Assembly: GCF_003334255.1 (NCBI RefSeq)
Contig: NZ_QOWU01000015.1
Strand: one strand, 5' to 3'
DNA: 64,000 nt
Source of the DNA: Escherichia coli
Lineage (GTDB): Bacteria > Pseudomonadota > Gammaproteobacteria > Enterobacterales > Enterobacteriaceae
How positions within the stretch are numbered: position 1 is the stretch's first letter; every line of letters starts with the position of its first letter. Position numbers and translations under genes: made by a program. The notes under the pieces were generated by a model. The model had not been told where the DNA came from, ran no database searches, and saw only the letters and a program-made list of their open reading frames with translations. This document shows positions 1 through 11,822 of the stretch, in pieces.

Positions 1-266
1 TTGCGCAAGAAAACAGCCAGCCAAATATCGTCCAGGTGGCAACGAATATTCTGGTGACCATGAATCTGGTGGGCATGGGGCTGGGCGTCACTTTGATACC
101 CGGTTATATGAATAATTTTAATACCGGACAGGTTGTTTTTCGTCCCATTGCCGGAAATGTGCCTTCCATTGCTTTACTGATGGCGTGGAAGAAAGGGGAG
201 ATGAAGCCGGCATTACGCGATTTCATCGCCATTGTGCAGGAACGTTTGGCAAGCGTAACGGCATAA
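1..266 (+). CDS. hcaR: LysR-family transcriptional regulator, C-terminal fragment (window edge)
   Basis: ORF frame open to window start; sits upstream of hcaT as in K-12 synteny; only the C-terminal co-inducer domain is visible. Confidence 0.7.
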   Translation, partial: AQENSQPNIVQVATNILVTMNLVGMGLGVTLIPGYMNNFNTGQVVFRPIAGNVPSIALLMAWKKGEMKPALRDFIAIVQERLASVTA

Positions 267-425
267 TTACGCATTATTTTTGCAACATGCGTCGCGGATC
301 GCAGTTTTTTAGTGCTTGTGAACTGGCGTTACAGACATCGGGAAGCAGGCTCGAATATTCTTATTTTTCAACTTGCACCAACATTCGATTAACCCCAGAC
401 TAACGCCTCCTGACGGGAGGGACTC

Positions 426-1565
426 ATGGTTTTGCAATCCACGCGCTGGTTGGCGCTCGGCTATTTCACATACTTTTTTAGTTACGGCATTTTTCTACCT
501 TTCTGGAGCGTCTGGCTTAAAGGGATTGGTTTAACGCCAGAAACCATCGGCCTGTTATTGGGGGCAGGTCTGGTTGCCCGTTTTCTCGGGAGTTTGCTCA
601 TCGCGCCCCGCGTCAGTGATCCTTCTCGCCTGATTTCCGCCTTGCGCGTGCTGGCAATGATGACACTTCTCTTTGCTGTCGCCTTCTGGGCGGGGGCGCA
701 CGTAGCGTGGCTGATGCTGGTGATGATTGGCTTTAACCTCTTTTTCTCACCGCTGGTACCGTTGACCGATGCACTGGCGAATACGTGGCAAAAGCAGTTC
801 CCGCTTGATTACGGCAAAGTGCGACTGTGGGGCTCGGTGGCGTTTGTCATTGGCTCGGCGCTGACGGGCAAACTGGTCACTATGTTTGATTATCAGGTGA
901 TCCTCGCGCTGTTGACATTGGGCGTGGCATCCATGCTGCTCGGCTTTCTCATCCGTCCGACGATTCAGCCACAAGGGGCAAGCCGCCAGCAGGAGAGCAC
1001 CGGTTGGTCAGCGTGGTTGGCGCTGGTTCGCCAGAACTGGCGCTTTCTGGCCTGCGTTTGTTTATTGCAGGGGGCACATGCGGCCTATTACGGTTTTAGC
1101 GCCATTTACTGGCAGGCAGTTGGCTACTCGGCCTCGGCGGTGGGCTATTTGTGGTCGCTGGGCGTAGTGGCGGAAGTCATTATCTTTGCGCTGAGTAATA
1201 AACTTTTCCGCCGTTGTAGTGCACGCGATATGCTGTTGATCTCGGCGATTTGCGGCGTAGTGCGCTGGGGCATTATGGGAGCAACTACGGCGTTGCCGTG
1301 GTTGATAGTGGTGCAAATTCTGCATTGCGGCACCTTCACGGTCTGCCACCTGGCCGCCATGCGTTATATTGCTGCTCGCCAGGGTAGCGAAGTCATCCGT
1401 TTACAGGCGGTTTACTCTGCCGTCGCGATGGGCGGCAGTATCGCTATCATGACCGTTTTCGCCGGTTTCCTGTATCAATATCTGGGCCACGGCGTGTTCT
1501 GGGTGATGGCGCTGGTGGCGCTTCCGGCAATGTTTTTGCGCCCGAAAGTTGTTCCCTCATGCTGA
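426..1565 (+). CDS. hcaT: MFS transporter, putative 3-phenylpropionate permease
   Basis: 379-aa ORF with multiple hydrophobic helices; position next to hcaR. Confidence 0.9.
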   Translation: MVLQSTRWLALGYFTYFFSYGIFLPFWSVWLKGIGLTPETIGLLLGAGLVARFLGSLLIAPRVSDPSRLISALRVLAMMTLLFAVAFWAGAHVAWLMLVMIGFNLFFSPLVPLTDALANTWQKQFPLDYGKVRLWGSVAFVIGSALTGKLVTMFDYQVILALLTLGVASMLLGFLIRPTIQPQGASRQQESTGWSAWLALVRQNWRFLACVCLLQGAHAAYYGFSAIYWQAVGYSASAVGYLWSLGVVAEVIIFALSNKLFRRCSARDMLLISAICGVVRWGIMGATTALPWLIVVQILHCGTFTVCHLAAMRYIAARQGSEVIRLQAVYSAVAMGGSIAIMTVFAGFLYQYLGHGVFWVMALVALPAMFLRPKVVPSC

Positions 1566-2837
1566 TTCGAGCATTTTGCGGATCTGCTCCTGTTGATGTG
1601 TTGTCAGTGTCAGGTCCGTATAGATCAGCGGTGGTGAAAAGAGCGGTAACGGCATGGTATAAGGAGCAATAATCAGTGCCGCGCCTCGCGGAGCGCCTGT
1701 CTGCAAAAATGCCTTTACCGACATATGCTTAATGTTGAGCGGCAGTAACGTTAGTTCGCGTAACTGCTGCTCAATCTGCGCTTCTCGCTCGCTATCATTC
1801 CCGGTCAGTAGAATAATCTGTTTTTCATGCAGATCGTTTTCCTGCATTAGCCAGGCACCGAAAATCACCGCGACCAGACCACTTTCCTCATCAGAAAGAT
1901 GGACGCCGTATTCACTTTCAAATCCGGCCAGCGCCGCGCGGGTGGTGCGCACCAGGCGTGGGTACAGTCTGGCGAACTCTTCCGGCAGGGTATTATCAAT
2001 ACCGATGGCAAACAAACTGCGATTTAACGCCTGGGCGAGGTGGGTATAAAGCTGATCGCATAACCCCTGTTCATCATAAAAACGAACATTTCCCAGCTCA
2101 CGAAAATGGTTTACCAGACGTTTGATAGACTGACGCAATTGTCTGTCTCGCTGATGCGCATCACGCAATGGATCGGGAACCCGCAACATGGAAAAAAGTA
2201 ATGCCATAAACAGTGGCTCATCAGGCGGTACAGGCTGGAGCGCCCGACGCTGCCAGTGGCGTCCAATTTCCTGCGCTACCTGAAATTCAAGGCAGGATTC
2301 CGCCCAGCGACGTTGGAGCGGATTAAACTGAGGCGTCATTCCAGCGTGGTGCTGCAGCAAACAATATTGCAGATACAGACACAGGAAATGAATATCGCGC
2401 GATTCAAAGCGTTTTTGCAGCCGTCGGGAGCAGAGATTCACTAACGCTTGTAGATTGGTATCGTCGTAAAAGTTACGCGCAATTCCGCGCCGCTTCAATT
2501 CACTCTTCAGGGCGGGGGTGAATTGGCTGGTAATAAATGACGGACACAGACGGAAACCACGTCGTAGCCAGTGAAATAAACACAAACGTTGGTTAAGCAC
2601 TGTACCTTCAACCCGGTAGCTACCGTCATAACCAGTCGTCAGTGTGAGTTGATGATAGCGCAGGATCTCCCGTCCTGTTTCGCTGATATCAAGACTGGCA
2701 ATATCATCATCCACACCATTAAGCTCGCTGAAGGTTGCCATGGTGGCGGTCAACCCCGGCTGAAAGAGCGTCAGCAAGATCTGGCAGCGGCGCTGGGGAG
2801 CCGAAAGGACAGATGGTGGAGCAAGCGTAGGCATCAT
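1557..2837 (-). CDS. csiE: stationary-phase inducible protein CsiE
   Basis: ORF 1557..2858 trimmed to recalled native start MMPTLAPP (426 aa); synteny. Confidence 0.9.
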   Translation of the reverse strand: MMPTLAPPSVLSAPQRRCQILLTLFQPGLTATMATFSELNGVDDDIASLDISETGREILRYHQLTLTTGYDGSYRVEGTVLNQRLCLFHWLRRGFRLCPSFITSQFTPALKSELKRRGIARNFYDDTNLQALVNLCSRRLQKRFESRDIHFLCLYLQYCLLQHHAGMTPQFNPLQRRWAESCLEFQVAQEIGRHWQRRALQPVPPDEPLFMALLFSMLRVPDPLRDAHQRDRQLRQSIKRLVNHFRELGNVRFYDEQGLCDQLYTHLAQALNRSLFAIGIDNTLPEEFARLYPRLVRTTRAALAGFESEYGVHLSDEESGLVAVIFGAWLMQENDLHEKQIILLTGNDSEREAQIEQQLRELTLLPLNIKHMSVKAFLQTGAPRGAALIIAPYTMPLPLFSPPLIYTDLTLTTHQQEQIRKMLESA

Positions 2838-3027
2838 CTGTAGATCTCCCATAAGCATAATTGATAAGAATAGCTAAAGTTTGCTCAAGGAAATGGCGAA
2901 GGGAATGCTAATCATCAGAAATGTTGGCAAGCGTCACAGAATTTTTCTCATCTTAAACTGTTCTGACCAGTGGATTAGCATGTCTTAAGGTGGTTTTGTG
3001 AATGATTATCGTGCTAGCGATCATGGG

Positions 3028-3882
3028 TTAGTTCTGCGGATTCAACGCGCTAAGGATAAAGTCCACCATCTGTTCGCGATAAACATCGCCGTGACGATCG
3101 GAAAAAGCATCAATGTGTTCGCCATCCGGGATTAGAATCAACCGTTTTGGCTCTTTTGCCAGGCTATACAACTTTTCGCTGTGCTGCCATGGGATAACGT
3201 GATCGGCTTTACCGTGAATGAGTAAAAGCGGGATCGGGCTGACGCTGGCGATGTAATTTTCGCCACTGTAACTCTCATCAAGTAAGTAGCCACTGCCGGG
3301 GATCATCTGGTTGGCGATGGTTGCATAAGAGGCAAATGTGGAGTCGAGGATCACCGCACGTATGCCTTCACGATCACCCTGACCAATAACAGCAAGAATA
3401 TTCGCCCCGCCAATACTCTGCCCGAACAGCACCAGCCGTTGTGGGTTTACATCACTGCGATGGCGCACCACATTGATGGCGCTTTGCGTATCGTCCAGCA
3501 ATCCGGCCTGGGACGGCGTGCCTTTTGATTTACCAAACCCGTGATAATCAAACATAAAAACGTTGAAATTACGCTCGGGTAACCAACTGACCAGCGGCCA
3601 GTGGGCGGACATATTTCCGGCATTGCCGTGAGCATGAATGATGGTTGCGATAGCGTTGTCAGCAGGGCCCGTCGAAGAAGGAATAAACCAGCCTTGCAGA
3701 CGAGTACCGTCCTTAGCCGTAAATTCGACGGATTCCGCCGACCAGGGGTCGGGACCGTAAAGTTTATCGTCAGGATAATAGAAGAAGTTGATGGCAACGC
3801 GCGGCACTAAATAAACGCAGAAGGCAACAACAAAGAGAATAAACAGAATTTTGAGAACGCGTTTGTTCACTGGCAGTGCCAT
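3028..3882 (-). CDS. yfhR: alpha/beta-hydrolase family esterase/peptidase, membrane-anchored
   Basis: N-terminal TM helix, GQSIGG nucleophile-elbow motif; start uncertain (ORF track extends to 3909). Confidence 0.85.
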   Translation of the reverse strand: MALPVNKRVLKILFILFVVAFCVYLVPRVAINFFYYPDDKLYGPDPWSAESVEFTAKDGTRLQGWFIPSSTGPADNAIATIIHAHGNAGNMSAHWPLVSWLPERNFNVFMFDYHGFGKSKGTPSQAGLLDDTQSAINVVRHRSDVNPQRLVLFGQSIGGANILAVIGQGDREGIRAVILDSTFASYATIANQMIPGSGYLLDESYSGENYIASVSPIPLLLIHGKADHVIPWQHSEKLYSLAKEPKRLILIPDGEHIDAFSDRHGDVYREQMVDFILSALNPQN

Positions 3883-4026
3883 AACCTTTCCTTGCGACTT
3901 CTTTATCATCCATTAATCGGGGAAAGATGGTGGGAGAGTGACGAAAGAAAGTAAAGCAGTGAGGAAGTATTTCGGAATAGCGCCTGAAAGGCGAGGGCGG
4001 GTGAGTGATATCACCCGCCTGAGTCA

Positions 4027-4830
4027 TTAACGCTTCAGAGCGTCGCTTAACTCGTCACGCATGTTCGCCAGCATGGCTTTAACAACGCGCGGGTTACCAG
4101 CAACGATGTTACCGGTCAGCATATAGTTATGACCACCGGTGAAGTCGCTGACGATGCCGCCCGCTTCACGAACCAGCAGCTCGCCTGCAGCGAAGTCCCA
4201 CGGGCGCAGACCGATTTCAAAGAAACCGTCAACACGACCCGCAGCGACGTAAGCCAGATCCAGCGCCGCAGAACCGGTACGACGGAAGTCTGCACATTCG
4301 TTGAATAGTTTGCCGACGATGTTGATGTAGGTAGTGGCGTACTGTTTGGCTTTGAACGGGAAGCCGGTCGCCAGAATAGTACCGTCGAGATCGCGAGCGG
4401 TGCTGCCGCGCAGACGGTAGCCGTTCAGCTGTGCGCCCTGACCGCGAGTGGCGGTGAACAGTTCGTTACGCATAGGATCGTATACCACAGCAACTTCGGT
4501 GCGGCCTTTGATACGAACAGCGATAGATACCGCGAAGTGCGGCAGACGTTTGATAAAGTTGGTAGTGCCATCCAGTGGATCGATAACCCATTGAACATCC
4601 TGATCAGTACCTTCAAGTTCACCGCTTTCTTCGGTGATGATGGTGTGCTGTGGGTAAGATTTACGAATCGTGTCGATAATCACCGCTTCGGCAGCTTTAT
4701 CTACGTTGGTCACGAAATCGTTACTGCCTTTCTGGCTCGCTTCTACAGCGTCCGGGGTTTCATAGTTTTTGGCAATTAAATTACCCGCCTTGCGCGCTGC
4801 GCGCACGGCGATGTTCAGCATCGGATGCAT
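4027..4830 (-). CDS. suhB: inositol monophosphatase family protein SuhB
   Basis: 267 aa; IMPase motifs (DPLDGT, WVIDPLDGTTNF); synteny. Confidence 0.95.
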   Translation of the reverse strand: MHPMLNIAVRAARKAGNLIAKNYETPDAVEASQKGSNDFVTNVDKAAEAVIIDTIRKSYPQHTIITEESGELEGTDQDVQWVIDPLDGTTNFIKRLPHFAVSIAVRIKGRTEVAVVYDPMRNELFTATRGQGAQLNGYRLRGSTARDLDGTILATGFPFKAKQYATTYINIVGKLFNECADFRRTGSAALDLAYVAAGRVDGFFEIGLRPWDFAAGELLVREAGGIVSDFTGGHNYMLTGNIVAGNPRVVKAMLANMRDELSDALKR

Positions 4831-4948
4831 CGGTCTCTCTCACTGGATGTTAAAGAACGGGAAAACGGCGCAGAGTATAGCAGCGAGATCGGCATCTGTC
4901 TTCGTTTTATGATAAGATGCGTGAATAATCTTTAGATGAAGAAAGACA

Positions 4949-5689
4949 ATGCTGCAAAATATTCGAATTGTGCTGGTGGAGACGTCACACACCGGCAATA
5001 TGGGTTCTGTTGCCCGTGCCATGAAAACAATGGGATTAACCAATCTGTGGCTGGTTAATCCACTGGTGAAACCCGACTCCCAGGCGATTGCCCTGGCAGC
5101 AGGGGCCAGCGATGTGATTGGTAATGCTCACATCGTCGATACGCTCGACGAAGCGTTAGCCGGTTGTAGCCTGGTGGTGGGCACCAGCGCACGTTCCCGC
5201 ACGCTGCCATGGCCGATGCTCGACCCGCGCGAATGCGGCCTGAAAAGCGTCGCTGAAGCGGCAAATACCCCGGTGGCGCTGGTGTTTGGTCGCGAGCGCG
5301 TCGGCTTGACCAATGAAGAGTTGCAGAAATGCCATTATCATGTCGCGATTGCGGCTAACCCGGAATACAGCTCGCTGAACCTGGCGATGGCGGTTCAGGT
5401 TATTGCCTATGAAGTGCGCATGGCCTGGCTGGCAACTCAGGAAAACGGCGAGCAGGTCGAGCATGAAGAGACGCCGTATCCGCTGGTCGATGATCTGGAG
5501 CGTTTTTATGGTCATCTGGAACAAACGCTGCTGGCAACCGGTTTTATCCGTGAAAACCATCCGGGGCAGGTGATGAATAAATTGCGCCGTCTGTTTACCC
5601 GTGCGCGCCCGGAAAGCCAGGAGTTGAATATCCTGCGCGGGATTCTGGCTTCTATTGAGCAGCAGAATAAAGGTAACAAGGCCGAATAA
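4949..5689 (+). CDS. trmJ: tRNA (cytidine/uridine-2'-O)-methyltransferase, SpoU/TrmH family
   Basis: 246 aa, SPOUT-type N-terminus; divergent from suhB. Confidence 0.93.
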
Positions 5690-5885
<196 letters not shown>

Positions 5886-5916
5886 GCCACGATAAAAAAA
5901 TGGCACTGAAGGTTAA

Positions 5917-5966
5917 ATACCCGACTAAATCAGTCAAGTAAATAGTTGACCAATTTACTCGGAAAT
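5917..5966 (+). promoter_or_regulatory. two adjacent IscR type-1 binding sites in the iscR promoter region
   Basis: ATACCCGACTAAATCAGTCAAGTAA and ATAGTTGACCAATTTACTCGGAAAT match the type-1 consensus ATAsyyGACTrwwwyAGTCrrsTAT; followed by TTGACC -35-like hexamer. Confidence 0.7.
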
Positions 5967-6049
5967 GTCAGACTTGACCCTGCTATGCAATACCCCCACT
6001 TTTACAATAAAAAACCCCGGGCAGGGGCGAGTTTGAGGTGAAGTAAGAC

Positions 6050-6538
6050 ATGAGACTGACATCTAAAGGGCGCTATGCCGTGACCGCAATGCTTGACGTT
6101 GCGCTCAACTCTGAAGCGGGCCCGGTACCGTTGGCTGATATTTCCGAACGTCAGGGAATTTCCCTTTCTTATCTGGAACAACTGTTTTCCCGTCTGCGTA
6201 AAAATGGTCTGGTTTCCAGCGTACGTGGACCAGGCGGTGGTTATCTGTTAGGCAAAGATGCCAGCAGCATCGCCGTTGGCGAAGTAATTAGCGCCGTTGA
6301 CGAATCTGTAGATGCCACCCGTTGTCAGGGTAAAGGCGGCTGCCAGGGCGGCGATAAATGCCTGACCCACGCGCTGTGGCGTGATTTGAGCGACCGTCTC
6401 ACCGGTTTTCTCAACAACATTACTTTAGGCGAACTGGTTAATAACCAGGAAGTGCTGGATGTGTCTGGTCGTCAGCATACTCACGACGCGCCACGCACCC
6501 GCACACAAGACGCGATCGACGTTAAGTTACGCGCTTAA
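6050..6538 (+). CDS. iscR: Fe-S cluster assembly transcriptional regulator IscR (Rrf2 family)
   Basis: 162 aa; Rrf2 wHTH; C-terminal Cys ligands ([13 protein letters not shown]). Confidence 0.97.
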
Positions 6539-6649
6539 TAAAAAGAATTCAGAATCAGGCCGGAGTGCTAAATACTCCGTAAACACGGTCGTACATCCAG
6601 CCGGTAGCCTGATTCCTTGCATTGAGTGATGTACGGAGTTTATAGAGCA

Positions 6650-7864
6650 ATGAAATTACCGATTTATCTCGACTACTCCGCAACCACGCCGGTGGACCCG
6701 CGTGTTGCCGAGAAAATGATGCAGTTCATGACGATGGACGGAACCTTTGGTAACCCGGCCTCTCGTTCTCACCGTTTCGGCTGGCAGGCTGAAGAAGCGG
6801 TAGATATCGCCCGTAATCAGATTGCCGATCTGGTCGGCGCTGATCCGCGTGAAATCGTCTTTACCTCTGGTGCAACCGAATCTGACAACCTGGCGATCAA
6901 AGGTGCAGCCAACTTTTATCAGAAAAAAGGCAAGCACATCATCACCAGCAAAACCGAACACAAAGCGGTACTGGATACCTGCCGTCAGCTGGAGCGCGAA
7001 GGTTTTGAAGTCACCTACCTGGCACCGCAGCGTAACGGCATTATCGACCTGAAAGAACTTGAAGCAGCGATGCGTGACGACACCATCCTTGTTTCCATCA
7101 TGCACGTAAATAACGAAATCGGCGTGGTGCAGGATATCGCGGCTATCGGCGAAATGTGCCGTGCTCGTGGCATTATCTATCACGTTGATGCAACCCAGAG
7201 CGTGGGCAAACTGCCTATCGACCTGAGCCAGTTGAAAGTTGACCTGATGTCTTTCTCCGGTCACAAAATCTATGGCCCGAAAGGTATCGGTGCGCTGTAT
7301 GTACGTCGTAAACCGCGCGTACGCATCGAAGCGCAAATGCACGGCGGCGGTCACGAGCGCGGTATGCGTTCCGGCACTCTGCCTGTTCACCAGATCGTCG
7401 GAATGGGCGAGGCCTATCGCATCGCAAAAGAAGAGATGGCGACCGAGATGGAACGTCTGCGCGGCCTGCGTAACCGTCTGTGGAACGGCATCAAAGATAT
7501 CGAAGAAGTTTACCTGAACGGTGACCTGGAACACGGTGCGCCGAACATTCTCAACGTCAGCTTCAACTACGTTGAAGGTGAGTCGCTGATTATGGCGCTG
7601 AAAGACCTCGCAGTTTCTTCAGGTTCCGCCTGTACGTCAGCAAGCCTCGAACCGTCCTACGTGCTGCGCGCGCTGGGGCTGAACGACGAGCTGGCACATA
7701 GCTCTATCCGTTTCTCTTTAGGTCGTTTTACTACTGAAGAAGAGATCGACTACACCATCGAGTTAGTTCGTAAATCCATCGGTCGTCTGCGTGACCTTTC
7801 TCCGCTGTGGGAAATGTACAAGCAGGGCGTGGATCTGAACAGCATCGAATGGGCTCATCATTAA
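6650..7864 (+). CDS. iscS: cysteine desulfurase IscS
   Basis: native start [16 protein letters not shown]; PLP-lysine motif [12 protein letters not shown]; SSGSAC active-site loop. Confidence 0.97.
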
Positions 7865-7891
7865 TCGGTATCGGAATCAGGAGAATTTATA

Positions 7892-8278
7892 ATGGCTTAC
7901 AGCGAAAAAGTTATCGACCATTACGAGAATCCGCGTAACGTGGGTTCCTTTGACAACAACGACGAGAACGTCGGCAGCGGCATGGTGGGGGCACCGGCCT
8001 GTGGCGACGTGATGAAGTTGCAGATTAAAGTCAACGATGAAGGTATCATTGAAGACGCGCGTTTTAAAACTTACGGCTGCGGTTCTGCTATCGCTTCCAG
8101 CTCCCTGGTCACCGAATGGGTGAAAGGGAAGTCTCTCGACGAAGCGCAGGCGATCAAAAATACCGATATTGCTGAAGAACTTGAACTGCCGCCGGTGAAA
8201 ATTCACTGTTCTATTCTGGCAGAAGACGCGATCAAAGCCGCCATTGCGGACTATAAAAGCAAACGTGAAGCAAAATAA
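7892..8278 (+). CDS. iscU: Fe-S cluster scaffold IscU
   Basis: 128 aa; conserved Cys in GAPACGD and LPPVK motifs. Confidence 0.97.
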   Translation: MAYSEKVIDHYENPRNVGSFDNNDENVGSGMVGAPACGDVMKLQIKVNDEGIIEDARFKTYGCGSAIASSSLVTEWVKGKSLDEAQAIKNTDIAEELELPPVKIHCSILAEDAIKAAIADYKSKREAK

Positions 8279-8294
8279 GAGTTGAGGTTTGGTT

Positions 8295-8618
8295 ATGTCG
8301 ATTACACTGAGCGACAGTGCAGCAGCGCGAGTAAATACCTTTCTGGCTAACCGCGGCAAAGGGTTTGGCCTGCGTCTGGGCGTGAGAACCTCCGGATGTT
8401 CAGGTATGGCTTATGTACTGGAATTTGTTGACGAACCGACGCCGGAAGACATCGTGTTTGAAGACAAAGGCGTGAAAGTCGTGGTCGATGGCAAAAGCCT
8501 GCAATTTCTGGACGGTACGCAGCTGGACTTCGTAAAAGAAGGCCTGAACGAAGGGTTTAAATTCACCAACCCGAACGTCAAAGATGAGTGTGGTTGCGGC
8601 GAAAGCTTCCACGTTTGA
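8295..8618 (+). CDS. iscA: Fe-S cluster A-type carrier IscA
   Basis: 107 aa from MSITLSD; C-terminal CGCGESF motif. Confidence 0.96.
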   Translation: MSITLSDSAAARVNTFLANRGKGFGLRLGVRTSGCSGMAYVLEFVDEPTPEDIVFEDKGVKVVVDGKSLQFLDGTQLDFVKEGLNEGFKFTNPNVKDECGCGESFHV

Positions 8619-8631
8619 TGCGCATACCGAT

Positions 8632-8667
8632 AACCCCACCGTGGTCGCCTGCGCGTGGGGTTTGTTT
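8632..8667 (+). terminator. GC-rich hairpin followed by T-run between iscA and hscB (possible partial terminator/attenuator)
   Basis: ccccaccgtggtcgcctgcgcgtgggg followed by tttgtttt. Confidence 0.45.
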
Positions 8668-8713
8668 TACCTGATTCGCCGTTATCGCGGCGGATCGCAG
8701 CCCTGAGAATGTT

Positions 8714-9229
8714 ATGGATTACTTCACCCTCTTTGGCTTGCCTGCCCGTTATCAACTCGATACCCAGGCGCTGAGCCTGCGTTTTCAGGATCTACAACGT
8801 CAGTATCATCCTGATAAATTCGCCAGCGGAAGCCAGGCGGAACAACTCGCCGCCGTACAGCAATCTGCAACCATTAACCAGGCCTGGCAAACGCTGCGTC
8901 ATCCGTTAATGCGCGCGGAATATTTGCTTTCTTTGCACGGCTTTGATCTCGCCAGCGAGCAGCATACTGTGCGCGACACCGCGTTCCTGATGGAACAGTT
9001 GGAGCTGCGCGAAGAGCTGGACGAGATCGAACAGGCGAAAGATGAAGCGCGGCTGGAAAGCTTTATCAAACGTGTGAAAAAGATGTTTGATACCCGCCAT
9101 CAGTTGATGGTTGAACAGTTAGACAACGAGACGTGGGACGCGGCGGCGGATACCGTGCGTAAGCTGCGTTTTCTCGATAAACTGCGAAGCAGTGCCGAAC
9201 AACTCGAAGAAAAACTGCTCGATTTTTAA
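8714..9229 (+). CDS. hscB: Fe-S cluster co-chaperone HscB (J-domain)
   Basis: 171 aa; HPD motif in YHPDKF. Confidence 0.96.
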
Positions 9230-9245
9230 TTTCTGGAAGCTAAAC

Positions 9246-11096
9246 ATGGCCTTATTACAAATTAGTGAACCTGGTTTGAGTGCTGCGCCGCATCAGCGTC
9301 GTCTGGCGGCCGGTATTGACCTGGGCACAACCAACTCGCTGGTGGCGACAGTGCGCAGCGGTCAGGCCGAAACGTTAGCCGATCATGAAGGCCGTCACCT
9401 GCTGCCATCTGTTGTTCACTATCAACAGCAAGGGCATTCGGTGGGTTATGACGCGCGTACTAATGCAGCGCTCGATACCGCCAACACAATTAGTTCTGTT
9501 AAACGCCTGATGGGACGCTCGCTGGCTGATATCCAGCAACGCTATCCGCATCTGCCTTATCAATTCCAGGCCAGCGAAAACGGCCTGCCGATGATTGAAA
9601 CGGCGGCGGGGCTGCTGAACCCGGTGCGCGTTTCTGCGGACATCCTCAAAGCACTGGCGGCGCGGGCAACTGAAGCCCTGGCAGGCGAGCTGGATGGTGT
9701 AGTTATCACCGTTCCGGCGTACTTTGACGATGCCCAGCGTCAGGGCACCAAAGACGCGGCGCGTCTGGCGGGCCTTCACGTCCTGCGCTTACTTAACGAA
9801 CCGACCGCTGCGGCTATCGCCTACGGGCTGGATTCCGGTCAGGAAGGCGTGATCGCCGTTTATGACCTCGGTGGCGGGACGTTTGATATTTCCATTCTGC
9901 GCTTAAGTCGCGGCGTGTTTGAAGTGCTGGCAACCGGCGGTGATTCCGCGCTCGGCGGCGATGATTTCGACCATCTGCTGGCGGATTACATTCGCGAGCA
10001 GGCGGGCATTCCTGATCGTAGCGATAACCGCGTTCAGCGTGAACTGCTGGATGCCGCCATTGCAGCCAAAATCGCGCTGAGCGATGCGGACTCCGTGACC
10101 GTTAACGTTGCGGGCTGGCAGGGCGAAATCAGCCGTGAACAATTCAATGAACTGATCGCGCCACTGGTAAAACGAACCTTACTGGCTTGTCGTCGCGCGC
10201 TGAAAGACGCGGGTGTAGAAGCTGATGAAGTGCTGGAAGTGGTGATGGTGGGCGGTTCTACTCGCGTGCCGCTGGTGCGTGAACGGGTAGGCGAATTTTT
10301 CGGTCGTCCACCGCTGACTTCCATCGACCCGGATAAAGTCGTCGCTATTGGCGCGGCGATTCAGGCGGATATTCTGGTGGGTAACAAGCCAGACAGCGAA
10401 ATGCTGTTGCTTGATGTGATCCCACTGTCGCTGGGCCTCGAAACGATGGGCGGCCTGGTGGAGAAAGTGATTCCGCGTAATACCACTATTCCGGTGGCCC
10501 GCGCTCAGGATTTCACCACCTTTAAAGATGGTCAGACGGCGATGTCTATCCATGTAATGCAGGGTGAGCGCGAACTGGTGCAGGACTGCCGCTCACTGGC
10601 GCGTTTTGCGCTGCGTGGTATTCCGGCGCTACCGGCTGGCGGTGCGCATATTCGCGTGACGTTCCAGGTCGATGCCGACGGTCTTTTGAGCGTGACGGCG
10701 ATGGAGAAATCCACCGGCGTTGAGGCGTCTATTCAGGTCAAACCGTCTTACGGTCTGACCGATAGCGAAATCGCTTCGATGATCAAAGACTCAATGAGCT
10801 ATGCCGAGCAGGACGTAAAAGCCCGAATGCTGGCAGAACAAAAAGTAGAAGCGGCGCGTGTGCTGGAAAGTCTGCACGGCGCGCTGGCTGCTGATGCCGC
10901 GCTGTTAAGCGCCGCAGAACGTCAGGTCATTGACGATGCTGCCGCTCACCTGAGTGAAGTGGCGCAGGGCGATGATGTTGACGCCATCGAACAAGCGATT
11001 AAAAACGTAGACAAACAAACCCAGGATTTCGCCGCTCGCCGCATGGACCAGTCGGTTCGTCGTGCGCTGAAAGGCCATTCCGTGGACGAGGTTTAA
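9246..11096 (+). CDS. hscA: Fe-S cluster chaperone HscA (Hsp70 family)
   Basis: 616 aa from [10 protein letters not shown]; Hsp70 signatures [17 protein letters not shown]. Confidence 0.97.
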
Positions 11097-11097
11097 T

Positions 11098-11433
11098 ATG
11101 CCAAAGATTGTTATTTTGCCTCATCAGGATCTCTGCCCTGATGGCGCTGTTCTGGAAGCTAATAGCGGTGAAACCATTCTCGACGCAGCTCTGCGTAACG
11201 GTATCGAGATTGAACACGCCTGTGAAAAATCCTGTGCTTGCACCACCTGCCACTGCATCGTTCGTGAAGGTTTTGACTCACTGCCGGAAAGCTCAGAGCA
11301 GGAAGACGACATGCTGGACAAAGCCTGGGGACTGGAGCCGGAAAGCCGTTTAAGCTGCCAGGCGCGCGTTACCGACGAAGATTTAGTAGTCGAAATCCCG
11401 CGTTACACTATCAACCATGCGCGTGAGCATTAA
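11098..11433 (+). CDS. fdx: [2Fe-2S] ferredoxin Fdx
   Basis: 111 aa; Cys cluster [12 protein letters not shown]. Confidence 0.96.
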
Positions 11434-11444
11434 CAGAGGTTAGT

Positions 11445-11645
11445 ATGGGACTTAAGTGGACCGATAGCCGCGAAATTGGCGAAGCACTGTACGATGCGTA
11501 TCCCGATCTTGATCCGAAAACGGTTCGATTCACCGATATGCATCAGTGGATTTGCGATCTGGAAGATTTCGACGACGACCCGCAGGCATCCAACGAGAAA
11601 ATCCTCGAAGCGATTTTGTTAGTCTGGCTGGACGAGGCCGAATAA
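11445..11645 (+). CDS. iscX: Fe-S assembly protein IscX
   Basis: 66-aa acidic protein, last gene of isc operon. Confidence 0.93.
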
Positions 11646-11822
11646 TTTCCGCGTCATGCTTCACGCCGCAGATGCGTTGGCTGCGCTCGTTCACCCCAGT
11701 CACATAGTTATCTATGCTCCTGGGGCTTCACTCACTTGCCGCCTTCCTGCAACGCGAATCATTTAGCGGAAAAATCCTGGGGCTGCCAACTGGCGGCCCT
11801 TTTACAAAGAAGGATAACTAAA

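Noticed and set aside
6656-7534. 292-aa ORF antisense to iscS
   Set aside because: Lies entirely within a confidently identified conserved gene on the opposite strand; typical shadow ORF in GC-rich coding sequence with no recognisable motifs.
9192-9245. N-terminal extensions in the ORF track (hscA, pepB, sseA, der, guaB, iscS, uraA, ppx, hyfG and others)
   Set aside because: The track takes the farthest upstream ATG/GTG/TTG; conserved N-termini and SD placement indicate the shorter native starts used in the feature list.
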